This document shows, in pieces, positions 17,078 to 35,870 of a stretch of DNA of 64,000 bases. The notes under the pieces were generated by a model. That model saw nothing but the letters and a program-made list of their open reading frames with translations, searched no databases and was not told the origin of the DNA. Position 1 is the first letter of the stretch. Every line of letters begins with the position of its first letter. Location of the stretch: NCBI RefSeq assembly GCF_009914755.1, contig NC_060925.1. One strand, given 5' to 3'. Origin of the DNA: the human T2T-CHM13v2.0 reference genome, Homo sapiens. Position numbers and translations under genes: made by a program.

Positions 17078-18529
17078 GGAGAAAAACTGTGGCAGATATA
17101 AATAGGAACAGAGAACAAGGGCAACAAATAGAAAGCAATAACAAATACGGTAGATATTAATCCAACTTTATCAATAATAACTTTGAACATCAATGGTCTA
17201 ACTGCACCAATTAAAAGAGATTGTCAGAGTGGTTCAAAATATGAGACCCAACTCTATGTTATCCACAAAATCCCACTTTAAATGTAAACACGCATATAGA
17301 TAAAAAGTAAATGAATGGAGAAAAATACATCATGCTAACACCAATAAAAAAAAGTAGGATTAGCTATTTTAATTTCAGACAGAGCAGACTTCAAAACAAG
17401 GAAAGTTTGTTGGAATAAAGAAGAGCATTATGTAATGATAAGGGGTCAATTCTCCAATAAGACAGAACAATGCTTAATGTGTACGTGCTTAACAACAGAG
17501 CGTCAAATTATATAAGGCAAAAAACTGATGGAACTACAAGGAAAAATATATGAATCCATTATTATAGTGGAAGATTTCAACACCCCTGTATCAGATATGA
17601 ACAGAACCAGCAGGCAGAAAATCAATAAGGATGTAATTGAACTCAACCACACCATCAGTCATCTTGATATAGTTGACATCTATAGACTATTCAACAACAA
17701 CAGAATAAACATTCTTCCTAAACATGCAAGGAACATTCGCCATGACAGACCACATTTTGGGCCATAGAAGACACTTTTGTAAATTTAAAATTATATAAAG
17801 CATACAATATCTACTCTCAGACCACAATGAAACTAAACTAGAAATCAATAATAGGAAGATAGCGAGAAAATTCTAAAATATGTCGAGTTTAAACAATACA
17901 TTTCTAAATAACATGAGTCAAAGAAGAAATCTCAAGATAAATTTTAAAATATTTTGAGCTGCAAGAAAATAAAAACATAACTTACCAAAGTGTATGGGAG
18001 GAAGCGAAGTAGTGTTTAGAGGGAAATTTGTAGCATTGAATGTATATATTAGAAAAGAAGAAAGACCTAAAAATCAATAATCTAAACTTCTACCTCAGGA
18101 AACTAGAAAAAGAAGAGCAAATTAAATCTAAAGTAAGCAAAAGAAGAGAAATAATAAAAGTTAAGCATAAACTGGTAAAACTGAAAGTAAAAAAATCAGT
18201 AATCACACCAAAAGCTGGTTCTTTGAAAAGATCAATGAAATCAATGAACCTCTTAGTCACGCTAAGAAGAGAGAAGACACAAATTACTAAAATCAGAAAT
18301 AAAAGAGGGGACATTTCTACAGATGACATGAACATTAAAAGGATAATAACAAATGCTGTGAACAACTATATCCCACTAATTTCATAACCTAGATAAAATG
18401 GAACCCCTTGAAAGACACAATCTGCCAAAACTCACACAAGAAGAAATGGACAATCTGAATAAACCTATATATATCAAAGACATCAAGTAAATAATTAACC
18501 CATAATTAAGTACCCAACCCATAATAATT

Positions 18530-19250
18530 CCCTGGAATAAACTATGACTATGTCTGGGTTGTTGTTTGCTTACTCTCTGGATGGACTGAGGCTTTTCCTT
18601 GCTAGGGAGCTATAACTCCACACACTGATTTCCCCCAAACTTTAGGAAAAGTAAAGAGAACTAACAGAGTCCTAAAACTAAAATTATCAACAGTTTCGAA
18701 AAACAAATTTCATGGCCCTTCAAATTGCCATTAGTCATGATTGATTGATGACAATAAATCAACCCCTTCTGGGACCCACAGATTATCTCTTCTTGAATTA
18801 ACAGCCTCCCCCTACCCATGTATTTGAAAATTTTACTTCCAATCCTACGTTCTACCATTACAGAGTAATATAAATAAATGCTTCATGAGACTTATGCTAC
18901 CTGCCGAATTATCCCTAGTAGGTTCAAGTGCATTTCCAAAATACTTACCTAAGCAGACTTTGATTGATCTAAAACCTGGCAATTTGGTCCTTTGGAAAAG
19001 GAACCAGAATAAAACTGTCCTTGGGCACTGGTGGAAAGAACCTTATTGGGTACTGTTAGCAATTGAGGTAGTGGTTTAAACTCCAAGGTAATGATGTTGG
19101 ATCCATCGTTTCCAACTAAAAAGACATACCACTTTCTTCTGATTGCTGGGCATTTACTCTAACAGAAGACATAAAACTAAAGATTTTTTAGGAATTCTTC
19201 AGGAGCTAATATCTGGAGATGTGGACTGCTTTTGCCCAAGACAAAGAAAC
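18530..19250 (+). mobile_element. ERV1 (gammaretrovirus-like) pol/integrase remnant
   Basis: Integrase-core-like YVWVVVCLLSGWTEAFPC at ~18550-18602; C-terminal GPY/F-like LKPGNLVLWKRNQNKTVLGHWWKEPYWVLL in ORF 18885-19079. Confidence 0.7.
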
Positions 19251-20799
19251 CAGACTATTTTTCTGTTTTTTTCTAATTAATTTTCTAATTTTTCAGCTCT
19301 ACCACTAATCTTGCCTTTTATTGTATTTTGACATCCTCCAATGAACCAGTATTGGTAGGGCAATTATAAGGGTACTTAGATAAAAACAAAAATGATCTAC
19401 AATTGCTTCTGTAGACACAGGGTCTAGGTATGTTGCCCAGGCTGGTCAGGAAAAAAATGATCTACAAATTTCAATGCTTTAACTGTTAAAAGCAACAACT
19501 TACTAATGACTTATCTTACCACTTTTTAAAATTCATTAACCTAAAAAACATAATTTCTCTGAAAAGAGAGACTTTAATCATTATTTGAGTATGAAATAAA
19601 ATTAAGTATCGTTTGAAGGGACTATAGTCGAGCCTCCTAATCATGAAATCTTGGCTTCCTTGAGCTTATCTTTCCATTCATTACTTCAACATTTATTAGA
19701 AGCCTCTATCCATGTATTAACTCGATATTTACTAGGAGCTTCCATCAATTTATTGAATTCATCCATTTATTACTAATATGTACCAAATAATGTTAGACAG
19801 TAGGATATGAGGACACAGATCTATGGTGTTTCAGTTTTGTGGATGCAGGCAAATAAACTATAAAGGGAAGTAATATGGTACTGAGTGCTCTGACACAGGT
19901 ATGAATAGAGAATGTGGGGATAGGTAATTGTAGCCATTTCTTTATAATGTGTGTGCTTGGGGTGAGATTCAGGAGAATACTACGGGGTGAAAACATTGGT
20001 GGAACAGAAAAAAATTTCACAAACTAACAGTTGCAGAATGGCTACAGATCATATCGGAAATGAACCACACACTTCTGTATCTGTAGTCCTCTGCGTTGTG
20101 AAAAGATTGACTTTTTTCAAAACAGGTCAAGGAATTTGGTTATGTCAAACACAAAGTTGCCTCTTTTTTCCTTCTGACATGGTAAAAGAAAAAAAACAAT
20201 CCCATAGGATGTGTTTGGTTGGCCATAGTATATTGAACTTATCTTAACCGTCTCAAAACGCATGTCAAGGACACCACTGAGACTTCTGAGTACCATTTAA
20301 AAAATTGGGTAGTCTGGAAGTGTTCTAAATTGGACCGTTTGGGGTTTCTGTTAGGGCAACTTTCCCATTTACATCTTGGAACACAGCCTTTTGAATATAG
20401 CCCTTCGGGATTGGCGGGGAGAAGGGACCGCGATGGAAAAAGTCATCATCCAAAGAATGAAGAGGGAGGATCCAACATTTAGGATATTTTATTGACTTGC
20501 TAGGCGCGTTTACCTTATCTTCGTATTAACCCCATTTTCTTCATTAACCAATTGATGCTGTGAGAAGCTATGTAACTTGACGAGCAGTGCCCAGAACTGT
20601 TTTTTTTTTTTTCTGGACTCGGTCTTTTCCACTCAAAACCAACAAAAAACCAAAACTCGTTCTTTTCCACATCAAAAGCAAACAAAAAACCCCAACCCCA
20701 ACCCCAAGAGCCCCACTCTTTCAAAAGGGCTTCTCCGGATCACTAAGTCCTAGAGGTCTTTGGCTAGGCCTGGGTCCGATCTAAATAGGAAGGTAATTC

Positions 20800-21700
<901 letters not shown>

Positions 21701-22436
21701 GGTAAGGAAAGAAGGGGCGGAGCTCTAGAGCAGTTCATCACTTAAAATTTTTGAGAAGCCCAAAGGAAAGGTACCGTGGGAGTTTCTGACTTTTACAGTT
21801 AATTTTTATCAGTAGGTATGTGTACCAGCGAAGTGTGGGACTGGTGCGCAAGGGATACCTGAACATAGGTGCACAAAGGAGCACACCGTCTGGTGCCGTA
21901 GACGCCTCTTTTTGTTCTTTATTTTTTTTTTCTCTTTTCCAGGCTGCTATGTAACTATCTCCGCTGGTCTTTGCAACTCCTGGTTTATTTCATCTCCTTT
22001 CATTGTTGGGGTGGGGGTGATTCCTGTAGAAGAGAAAAGGGAATCAACCCTGAAGTTAGGACCGGAAAGAAATTTGGTGAATTTGGAAGAGTCATAAAAG
22101 TCTGTGTTAGAGAGGTCTTCAGGAGTTGGTGAAATGAGTGAGCTTTACAGATCTAAGAAATAGATGGTGCGTGTGATTTTTCGGAAGTGTATTTTAAAGG
22201 GAAATGTTTGGGAATGTTGGTCCATGTGAAGTTTTATCAGTTTAAGTCATTCAGGAAAACTTCTAGAGACGGCTCTAACAGTCATTAGGGGCCTTTTTAA
22301 TGATGTCACTGTCATTGGTGCATCGCTTCTAGAATTAGAACCTTGAGCTACAACTTCCCTACTCATTTTGTTTCTTTGAATGGAAGCTTTATGAAGAGTC
22401 GATGAAAAACTAGGGAAATTTAGTTTGTTGGTTGGT

Positions 22437-22735
22437 ATTTATTTATTTATTTTTGAGAGGGAGTCTTGCTCTGTCGCCCAGGCTGGAGTGCAGTGGCGCG
22501 ATCTTGGCTCACTGCAATCTTTGCCTCCTGGGTTCAAGTGATTCTCTTGCCTCAGCCTCCTGAGTAGCTGAGGTTGCAGGCCCCCGCCACCATGGCCGGC
22601 TAATTTATGTAGTTTAGTAGAGATGTGGTTTCACCGTGTTGGTCAGGCTGGTCTCGAACTCCTGACCTCAAATAATCTGCCCGCCTCCACTTCCCAAAGT
22701 GCTTGGATTACAGGCGTGAGCCACGGCGCCCTGCC
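22437..22735 (-). mobile_element. Alu (S-type), CDC73 intron 1
   Basis: Antisense dimer, TSD-like ttggttggt on both sides. Confidence 0.92.
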
Positions 22736-24294
22736 TATTGGTTGGTTTTAAAATTTTTTTGTCTTATGATTTAATTAGCTTTATAAAATGTTGATCAAAT
22801 GACATTCTGAGTTTCTGGTATTTTACCCTTTCGAATAATTTGCATAGGTAGAATTACATGTGGTTGGATTTTTAGTGAATTTTTTTTTTTTTAGACAATG
22901 GCTAAGGAGTACCTAGGGTGTGAAGTGGTTCAATCTGAGGATTAAAAAAATTCCTAAGACTCTGGTTTCTACCTCAAAGGAGGTTAACTTAGTCTGAATA
23001 GAGGAGATTAAACAGATAAGTTGATGTGAAATGCTTTCTATAAGTTGATGTGAAATGCTTTCTACAATAGCTTTTGAAGACAGCAGTCACTTCTAGTTGG
23101 GGTTATTTAGGAGAAGGTTCCATAGAATTGTCTTTGGCAAGTTCACATCCAACAAAGTTTTCTTGAATGAATGAATGAATGAACAAACAAGCTTTAAAGA
23201 ATAGGTAGGAATTCTCTGGGCTAAATGATGGGTTAAGTCTTCCAAGATGAGTGAACTGTATACTTAAAGGCTGTATGCTTAAAGGCATAAAGAACTGGAA
23301 AGTAAATGTGTTGACAGCAATCCAGTGAAGCCAGTGAAAAAGGAGTGCTTATCACAGTAGATTTTAAACTTTTTCAGCAGTTTATCACACCAAGAAATTG
23401 TTTTTATTTTCTATATGTGCACATGCACATGGAAATATATACACATATAAAACACTAAACAATACTTACTCTTCTTATTGTATGCAGTGCATTTTATTTT
23501 TCTGTTCTTTTCTATTCTGAAAATAGAAAAAATATGGTTGTTAACTATTTATTGGGTTTCATAGTACAATAATTGATGGTGTGTGGTTTGAAATACATTG
23601 GTTTAGAGGAAAAATGGGACTAGAAGGTAGAAAAGTAGGTTTAGGGCTGATTATAGTGGACCATATTCAGATGGATTCAAAGATATAGAAGGGGAAAGTG
23701 TAGAAGGAAGGGTAGGATTGGAATGAGGTAATATTAGTACCTGCATTAGAGATCTTGCACCGTTAGTAGACTACATTGTTTTATCACAGGTAGAATAGCA
23801 TTTTGGTTTTACATTATTGGTCTAATTTGAGGGATGCCATAACAGTCATACCCCTGAAATTCAGTGTTGTGTTTACTGTAAGAATGTGAAGGATGTTGTT
23901 CAGCAGTATCTTATTTATCAAGAGCCATAGGATAAATTTCTTTTACATTTAGCACCAGTGATAATTGTGCTTCTTCTAAGCAGTGTAATTGTTTTCTCTT
24001 ATGGATCCTCTTCGATATGGATCTGGTTAGATTTCTCTATTGGTAAAGCCCAGAGCCTAATTTGGGCCTAATTCTAAAAAGTTTGTAGTACCTTAGAGTA
24101 TGAATTTTTTGTATTTTCCCTACTTCTTGCTTTTTGTCATTGCCTTCCTTTGTGTTTCTTTTGTGATCATGACAGTCTATTCATTATTAGATTTTATACT
24201 TTTTTTTTGTTAGCTATGTTAAACTCATTGTTGTTAGCAAAGTTGTTTATATAAATGAATCCAGCCTGAAGAGTTGAATTAGAATTGTCAGTAA

Positions 24295-29021
<4,727 letters not shown>

Positions 29022-29335
29022 AAGAAAATTATTAAAAGTAACATGTTTAATACATTTTCAGGATTTTTATTAGGTTCTTTTAGCCTAGTCATTTTGTTCA
29101 AATGTGATTTAAAATATATTGTATCAAGATATATTGGAATAAAATTCAGACATTACATGTTAATATCAAGTTGTAAGAAAATTATTAAAAGTAACTAACA
29201 TGTTTAATAAATTTTCAGGATTTTTATTAGGTTCTTTTAGCCTAGTCATTTTTTACAAATGTGATTTAAAATACGTTTTTTCAAGATATGTTGGAATAAA
29301 ATTCAGACATTACATGTTAATATTTATTAAGTTGT
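29022..29335. repeat. Tandem duplication, two ~155-160 bp copies
   Basis: Copies 29022-29174 and 29175-29335 both begin aagaaaattattaaaagtaac and end aagttgt. Confidence 0.92.
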
Positions 29336-29382
29336 GTATCATTGTTATTCATTTCATATCTCATTTAAAATTTTGGTTTTAG

Positions 29383-29481
<99 letters not shown>

Positions 29482-29519
29482 TAAACAGACATTGTTTCTT
29501 TTTTCCCCTATGAAATAAT

Positions 29520-31275
29520 GATTAGAGGGAAGAGAATTTGTATTTCCACCAAAAAATTAACCTACCTTCATTTTTGTCCATGTGCTCACCTTTTTCTTAT
29601 ACAGTGGATGCACTGTCTTTGCCCTTATGGCCAGTCACCCCTTCCTTGTGTGTGGATTCCATCTCCTTTCACAGTCTCAAAGACTTTGTCTTCGTAAATT
29701 GTTGTTTCTCTGACATCATCAGTTTTCTACTTTCTTCTGGATCATTCCCTTTTAGAATACCTACAGTAAGATTTCATGTTTAAAAAATGTTTTTGATCCC
29801 ACATTCCTACTGTCTACTGCTTCATTTATCTCCTCCCTGATACTGTAAAATATTCTGCAAGAGTTCGTGTGGTATCATTGCTTCTTTTTTACCTTTGTTT
29901 CTTTCTTGAAGCCACTCTAGTCTGGCCTTCATCCTTACCATCCCACTAAAATCACTCCTTGTAAGGTCAAAACTGATTTAAGGATTGCTACATCCTTTGG
30001 TCTCTTGTACCATACTTGACCTCTCAACAGCATTTGATACTGTTGACCACTCATTTTTGAAAGCCTTTCTTCATTTGGCATTTGGAACACCAGCCTCTTG
30101 GTTCTCTTTCTATTCGTTGTTCACCTCTCAGTTTATTTTGGTTACTTCTGTACCTGACCTCTAATTCTTGAAGTTTCCAAGACTTGATCTTTTTTTTTAT
30201 CTTTTCTTTTAACCTGTATTCTCTAGGTGATCTCTTTCAGTTTTATGGCTCAGATATCATATATATGCTGATGAAATTTCAAGTGTTTTTTTCAGCATTG
30301 ATTTCTTTCAGGGCACCAGATTTATAAATTTACTGTCAACATGTTTCCTTGAATGTTGAATAGGCATCTGAAATTTAACACTGAAAATGGAATGCCTGAT
30401 TCCCTCTTTCCCTTCTGCCCTCACACAGAACAAAAACAAGTCTGTTGTTTTCTCAGTGTTCCCACTTTAGTAAGGGGTAGTGAGACGCTCTTCCTGCAGT
30501 TGCTTAGGCCAGAACTTTGGTGACATCTTTGTCACATCTCACATCCATTCTATCAACAAGTTGTTTTTTTCTCTTTTTAAAAGTATGACAACTTCTTACC
30601 ATTCTACCTGCCCTATTTCATCCTTGCTTTTTAGATTATTGTATAGCTTCCTCACAGGTCCCCACTCTTTATTTCCTATAGTGTAGTCTTAGCAATAGAG
30701 TGTCCTGCTTTTGAAAAAGTATATAAACTTGATTGTGTCACTCACCTGTGGCTTCCCATCACTCTTAGAATAAAACTCATACTTGTTACCCTGGCAGTCA
30801 TCTTGCCTCTGCCTAAATCTCTGTGACTCCATCTTCTACCATTCTTCCTTTGCTCATAACAGTCAGTCTTTTTGGTCTTTTAGCTATGCTAATCTTAGCA
30901 CCTTTGCACTTTCTCTTTCTATCTTGAGTTGTCTTTCTCTACATTATCACATGGCTCACTTGCTTACTATTTCATTTAGATCTGTGCTCAAGTGTTTTTC
31001 CAAATGTTGTTCCATCAGAGAAGACTTCTCTGACCACTCTTATCGAAAATATAGTATTCCTTTCCTCCTTCTGTGGTTTTTATATAGTGCCATCCTGATT
31101 TATTTTTCACCAGATCTCATACATTGACCTGAAATTATATATCTGTTTATGTACATAGTGTCTGTCTTTCCCATTAGAAGGTAAATCCTAAGGGGACAGA
31201 CAGTTGTTTGTCTTGTTAAATACCCAGCATTTACAATAGTGGTGCATGGTAGGTTCTTAACTGAATAAATGAGTA
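29520..31275 (+). mobile_element. L2 LINE remnant
   Basis: RT motif LDLSTAFDTVDHS at ~30015-30053; L2-type 3' end (ctgaataaatgag). Confidence 0.8.
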
Positions 31276-31636
31276 ATTATTAATTTACTCTCTTACAGAG
31301 TACAAGTACATTGATATAATACAACTATTGGGTCTTACTTTGCTGAGTGTGACGTGTAGTACCTTTAAGTCATTAACAGCTGTCTTGTCATGCATGGCTT
31401 TAAGCAGTAAGATTGATTTCCACAGAGAATCTTGTGTATAATGGAAAGATCATCATTAGGAATGCTTTCTTCCTATGCTGTCCTCATTCAATAAGGACTT
31501 ATTACGTGCTTATTCTTAAAAGGCATTATGCTGGGTGTTGTGCAAAATGCCAAATCCCTGTCTTAAACATGTAAACATGTTTACTGTCATGCAAGGGAGA
31601 CTGGATACACAAAAGTTTAGAACCCAGCAGTATTAA

Positions 31637-31882
<246 letters not shown>

Positions 31883-32068
31883 TAAGTGATGAGAATCATA
31901 TGGTTTGAAAATAGTGGTTTTTTTTGTTTGTTTGTTTTTGGCTTCAGAAGATGTGATATAAGGTCTAAGATTCTCTATTCTTAAGCATCGCAGGTGAGCC
32001 TGATAAATAGGCTAGTTTTGGGGAAGCACTTTAGAGCAAATGATTTTTCTTTTTAGAATCAAAAGTAG

Positions 32069-32290
<222 letters not shown>

Positions 32291-34599
32291 TAGTAGAGAC
32301 CGGGTTTCACTGTGTTAGCCAGGATGGTATCTATCTCCTGACCTTGTGATCTGCCTGCCTCGGCCTCCCAAAGTGCTGGGATTACAGGTGTGAGCCACCG
32401 CGCCTGGCAGTTTTTATAGGACAGAGTTAGTCACTAAGCGTATTGCTTTGCCACTTTTTAAAAACTGTTAATTTAATAGTTTAATGAAAAGGTTGAGCAA
32501 ATATTAAGACCGTATTCTTAGGAAGACATAATAGCTAAAGATGTTGGTTCTTAATTTATACATTTAACATGGTCTCAATAAGAATCTCTAGTTTTTCTTG
32601 AGGTAGGAATAGAACTAGACAAGGTGATTCTAAAGTTCATTGGCAAAAGTAAGCATCCTAAAAATTTGTAGAAGAGCATTGAGAAAAGGCTAGTCATTCT
32701 GGAGAACTTAAAACCCTGATAATTTGAAACAACTAAATGACTAGATACACTAATAAAAAAACTTTATCTGTTAGGTTAGAAATCTATATGTGAATTTAAC
32801 ATATGATTAAAGAGACATGTCAAGTCAATGGGAGGAAGGTGGGATTATTCAGTTACAAGCTGATAAAAGTAGTAAAGTTCTGTATTATAAAAAACAAAAG
32901 ACATGACAAACTGGGAAAATATGTTAATATTTCAACTCATCACAGATAAAGGGCTAATCTCACTAATATACGAAGGGTCCTGGAACTTTATGCATAAAAG
33001 ACCAAACACTCTATGGATTATGTCATAAAATTCACAGAAAAGGTGATAAAATCATGAAAAATGCTTAATATCATTTATAATAAGAGAATTGCAAATTTAA
33101 ACTATACGGAGATAGGATTTTTTTTTTTTTAACCTGATAGAAAAAAATCTGTAAGTTTGATAATATGCTCTGGTGAAGCAATGAGAAAACAGATATTCTA
33201 CTATATTGTTGGTTATAATGTTAATCAGTGCACCCCTACACCCCCATTGAAGAATTGGCAGCAGTCTAACATTACAAATTTAACATAGAAATCCTGTGTC
33301 TGGAACTTTATCCTAGAGGTATATTTCGTTTAGCTTTTTTACCAGTTGTGAATAACTAAAAATTACATGTGTAGGGTGAATGCTAACTTTAAAAAAACTT
33401 GCCATTATATATAATATCTATATGTACATTTATATATTTATGAAAACTTGTGACTTTATATTAATATATTATTGTGCCATTGTTCGTAACAACAGAAGAC
33501 TAAAATTGAACAGCTCATCAACAGGGACCTAGTTAAATAAATTGTAGTTAGGCCATACAGTAGAGTACTCAGTAGCTATAAAAAAATGGTTAAAGAGGGC
33601 CGGGCACAGTGGCTCACACCTGTAATCCCAGCACTTTGGGAGGCCGAGGCGGGCGGATCACGAGGTCAGGAGATCGAGACCATTCTGGCTAACATGGTGA
33701 AACCCCGTCTCTACTAAAAATACAAAAAAATTAGCCGGGCGTGGTGGCATGTGCCTGTAGTCCCAGCTACTCGGGAGGCTGAGGCAGGAAAATGGCGTGA
33801 ACCCGGGAGGTGGAGCTTGCAGTAAGCCAGGATCGCCACTGCACTCCAGCCTGGGTGACAGAGCGAGACTCCGTCTCAAAAAAAAAGTAAAGGAAATGCT
33901 CTACTTACTGATATGGAGGGTTATGGGAGATAAGTTGTTAGGTAAAAAAGAAAACAGGGTTCAGAACAGTATGTTTAGTATGTCACCTTTTGTATTAAAA
34001 AGGGTAAAAATAATTTTGTATTTCTCATATCTACAGAAAGAAACTCTAGAAGGATATATAAGAGACTAGTTGGCTGCATAGGGTGGTGGGAACTAGGTGA
34101 ATGGGGACAGGTATACCCCTTTTTGTTGAGCCATTCAAAAATTAAGTAATTTAATTTTAAAAATAATTTAGTTTTTTACCAGTTGTGAATAACTAAAAAT
34201 TGCATGTTTAGGGTGAATGCTAACTTAAAAAAAATCTTGTCCATATATATGTGTGTGTATGTGTGTGTGTATATATATATTTATGTGTTTACTTACACCT
34301 TTTTAGGTGTCTGTGTTATGACATTGGAGCATATACTTTGAAGCAACTAATTTCAGTCAGATCATCTCAGTAATTTGTAAGCTAAATTGTTAAAAATAGT
34401 TTGTCCTCTTAGAGACTTTCTAGTATAGATTAATCTTTTAAATAACATGTTTTTGCAGAGCTGCTTTAAAACTGAATTTTTTACCTAGAGAAAATCACCA
34501 TATAGAAGTATATAAAAAACCTAAAGCATTTCACTTGTAATAATATCCAATATATATGTTGAAATAGTAATCCTTACGTGAATCTTTTTATGTCTTCAG

Positions 34600-34662
34600 C
34601 AACATCGGCAAGTATAGACAGAAGCGCTCCCTTAGAAATAGGTCTTCAGCGATCTACTCAAG
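34600..34662 (+). CDS. CDC73: Parafibromin exon 4 (c.308-370)
   Basis: cttcag|CA ACA TCG...ACT CAA G|gtatgt; (S)TSASIDRSAPLEIGLQRSTQ; 63 nt. Confidence 0.96.
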
Positions 34663-34745
34663 GTATGTCTTGTTGCATATTTATATTGAACTTTCAGAAG
34701 CCCATTCCAAAACTACACATTTATTTACTTCTCTTTCTTTTATAG

Positions 34746-34798
34746 TCAAACGAGCTGCAGATGAAGTTTTAGCAGAAGCAAAGAAACCACGAATTGAG
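34746..34798 (+). CDS. CDC73: Parafibromin exon 5 (c.371-423), bipartite NLS
   Basis: ttatag|TC AAA CGA...ATT GAG|gtaaag; (V)KRAADEVLAEAKKPRIE; 53 nt; preceded by an 83-nt intron. Confidence 0.96.
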
Positions 34799-35639
34799 GT
34801 AAAGAAACTGTATTTTAAACAATTTTATTTATATTGTTATTGAAATTGGGATTCTTTAGTAACAAGGATTCTTTGATTGCAGTAACCTGAGGAGCTTTTT
34901 TTCTGGAAAAATTTTTGTGGTAGAAAGAACAATTGATTAATAAGTAGCTCAAGCTATAGTTTTAGCTCTCTCACATGCAAGCTATGTGAGGGACAAATCA
35001 TTTTATTTTCTTTGCTTTTATATTCTTATGGATGAACCTATTGGCTCAAGGGTCAGAATTCTTTTTCCTTTCTGTTCTTTTTTTTTTTTTTTTTTGAGGC
35101 AGAATCTTTCTCTGTCACCCAGGCTGGAGTCCAGTGGTATGATCATAGCTTATTGTAGCCTCGACCTCCGGGGTTTAAGTGATCCCCCCACCTCAGCCTC
35201 CCGAGTAGTTGGGACTGCAGGTGCCTGCCACCATGCCCAGTTAATTTTTGATTTTTTTTTTAATAGAGACAGGGTTTTCCGTGTTGGCCAGGCTACAGAA
35301 TTCTTTCTTTATGAAAGGCCAGATAGTAAATATTTTAGGCCTTATGGGCCATACAGTTTATGTTGCAACTATTTTACTTTAATATTGTAGTGTGAAAGCA
35401 CTCATAGACAATACATAAATGAACAGATGTGGCTATGTTTCTATAAAAAACTTCAGAAAACAGATGGCGGGCCAGAATTGGTCTTTGGGATGTAGTTTGC
35501 CTACCTTTGGAACAATGTGTTATGGGTGCTTGCTTTACTGCTCAGAGCTGTGAACATGAAGTACTTACTACTTTAATGTAATCTTAATTAAGGATATTCT
35601 GAGAAATGGATCTGATATTTTTAAGAGATAATGATGATA

Positions 35640-35870
35640 ATTGATTCATTGTTATTGCTCTATGCTATGTGTTATTCTAAGTACTTTATATGTATTAACT
35701 CATGTAATCGTATTTGCTCATAGATGATATGCATAGTACTCCCAGAACTCATTAAGTTGGTAGTACTGTGCATATCATCTATGAGCGAATAGGCTCAGAC
35801 AGAGTGAGTTCCTGAGGTTTGAAGAACCAGTTGGAACCTTGGCAGTCTGGTTTCTAGCCATTCTGCTATA
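35640..35870 (-). mobile_element. MIR SINE hosting the MIR1278 hairpin
   Basis: ctaagtactttatatgtattaactcatgtaatc...aggctcagacagagtgagtt...gaaccttggcagtctgg follows the MIR consensus on both sides of the hairpin. Confidence 0.65.
35712..35792 (+). ncRNA. MIR1278: pre-miR-1278 hairpin (mature 3p arm TAGTACTGTGCATATCATCTAT at 35761-35782)
   Basis: 30-nt inverted repeat (35711-35740 / 35762-35791; 28/30 pairs, both deviations G:U) with a 21-nt loop; sequence recognised as hsa-mir-1278, known to lie in a CDC73 intron. Confidence 0.9.

Noticed and set aside
20505-20516. Minus-strand donor-like AAG|GTAAAC upstream of the CDC73 promoter (divergent lncRNA exon?)
   Set aside because: A single motif with no supporting acceptor or transcript evidence visible in the sequence.
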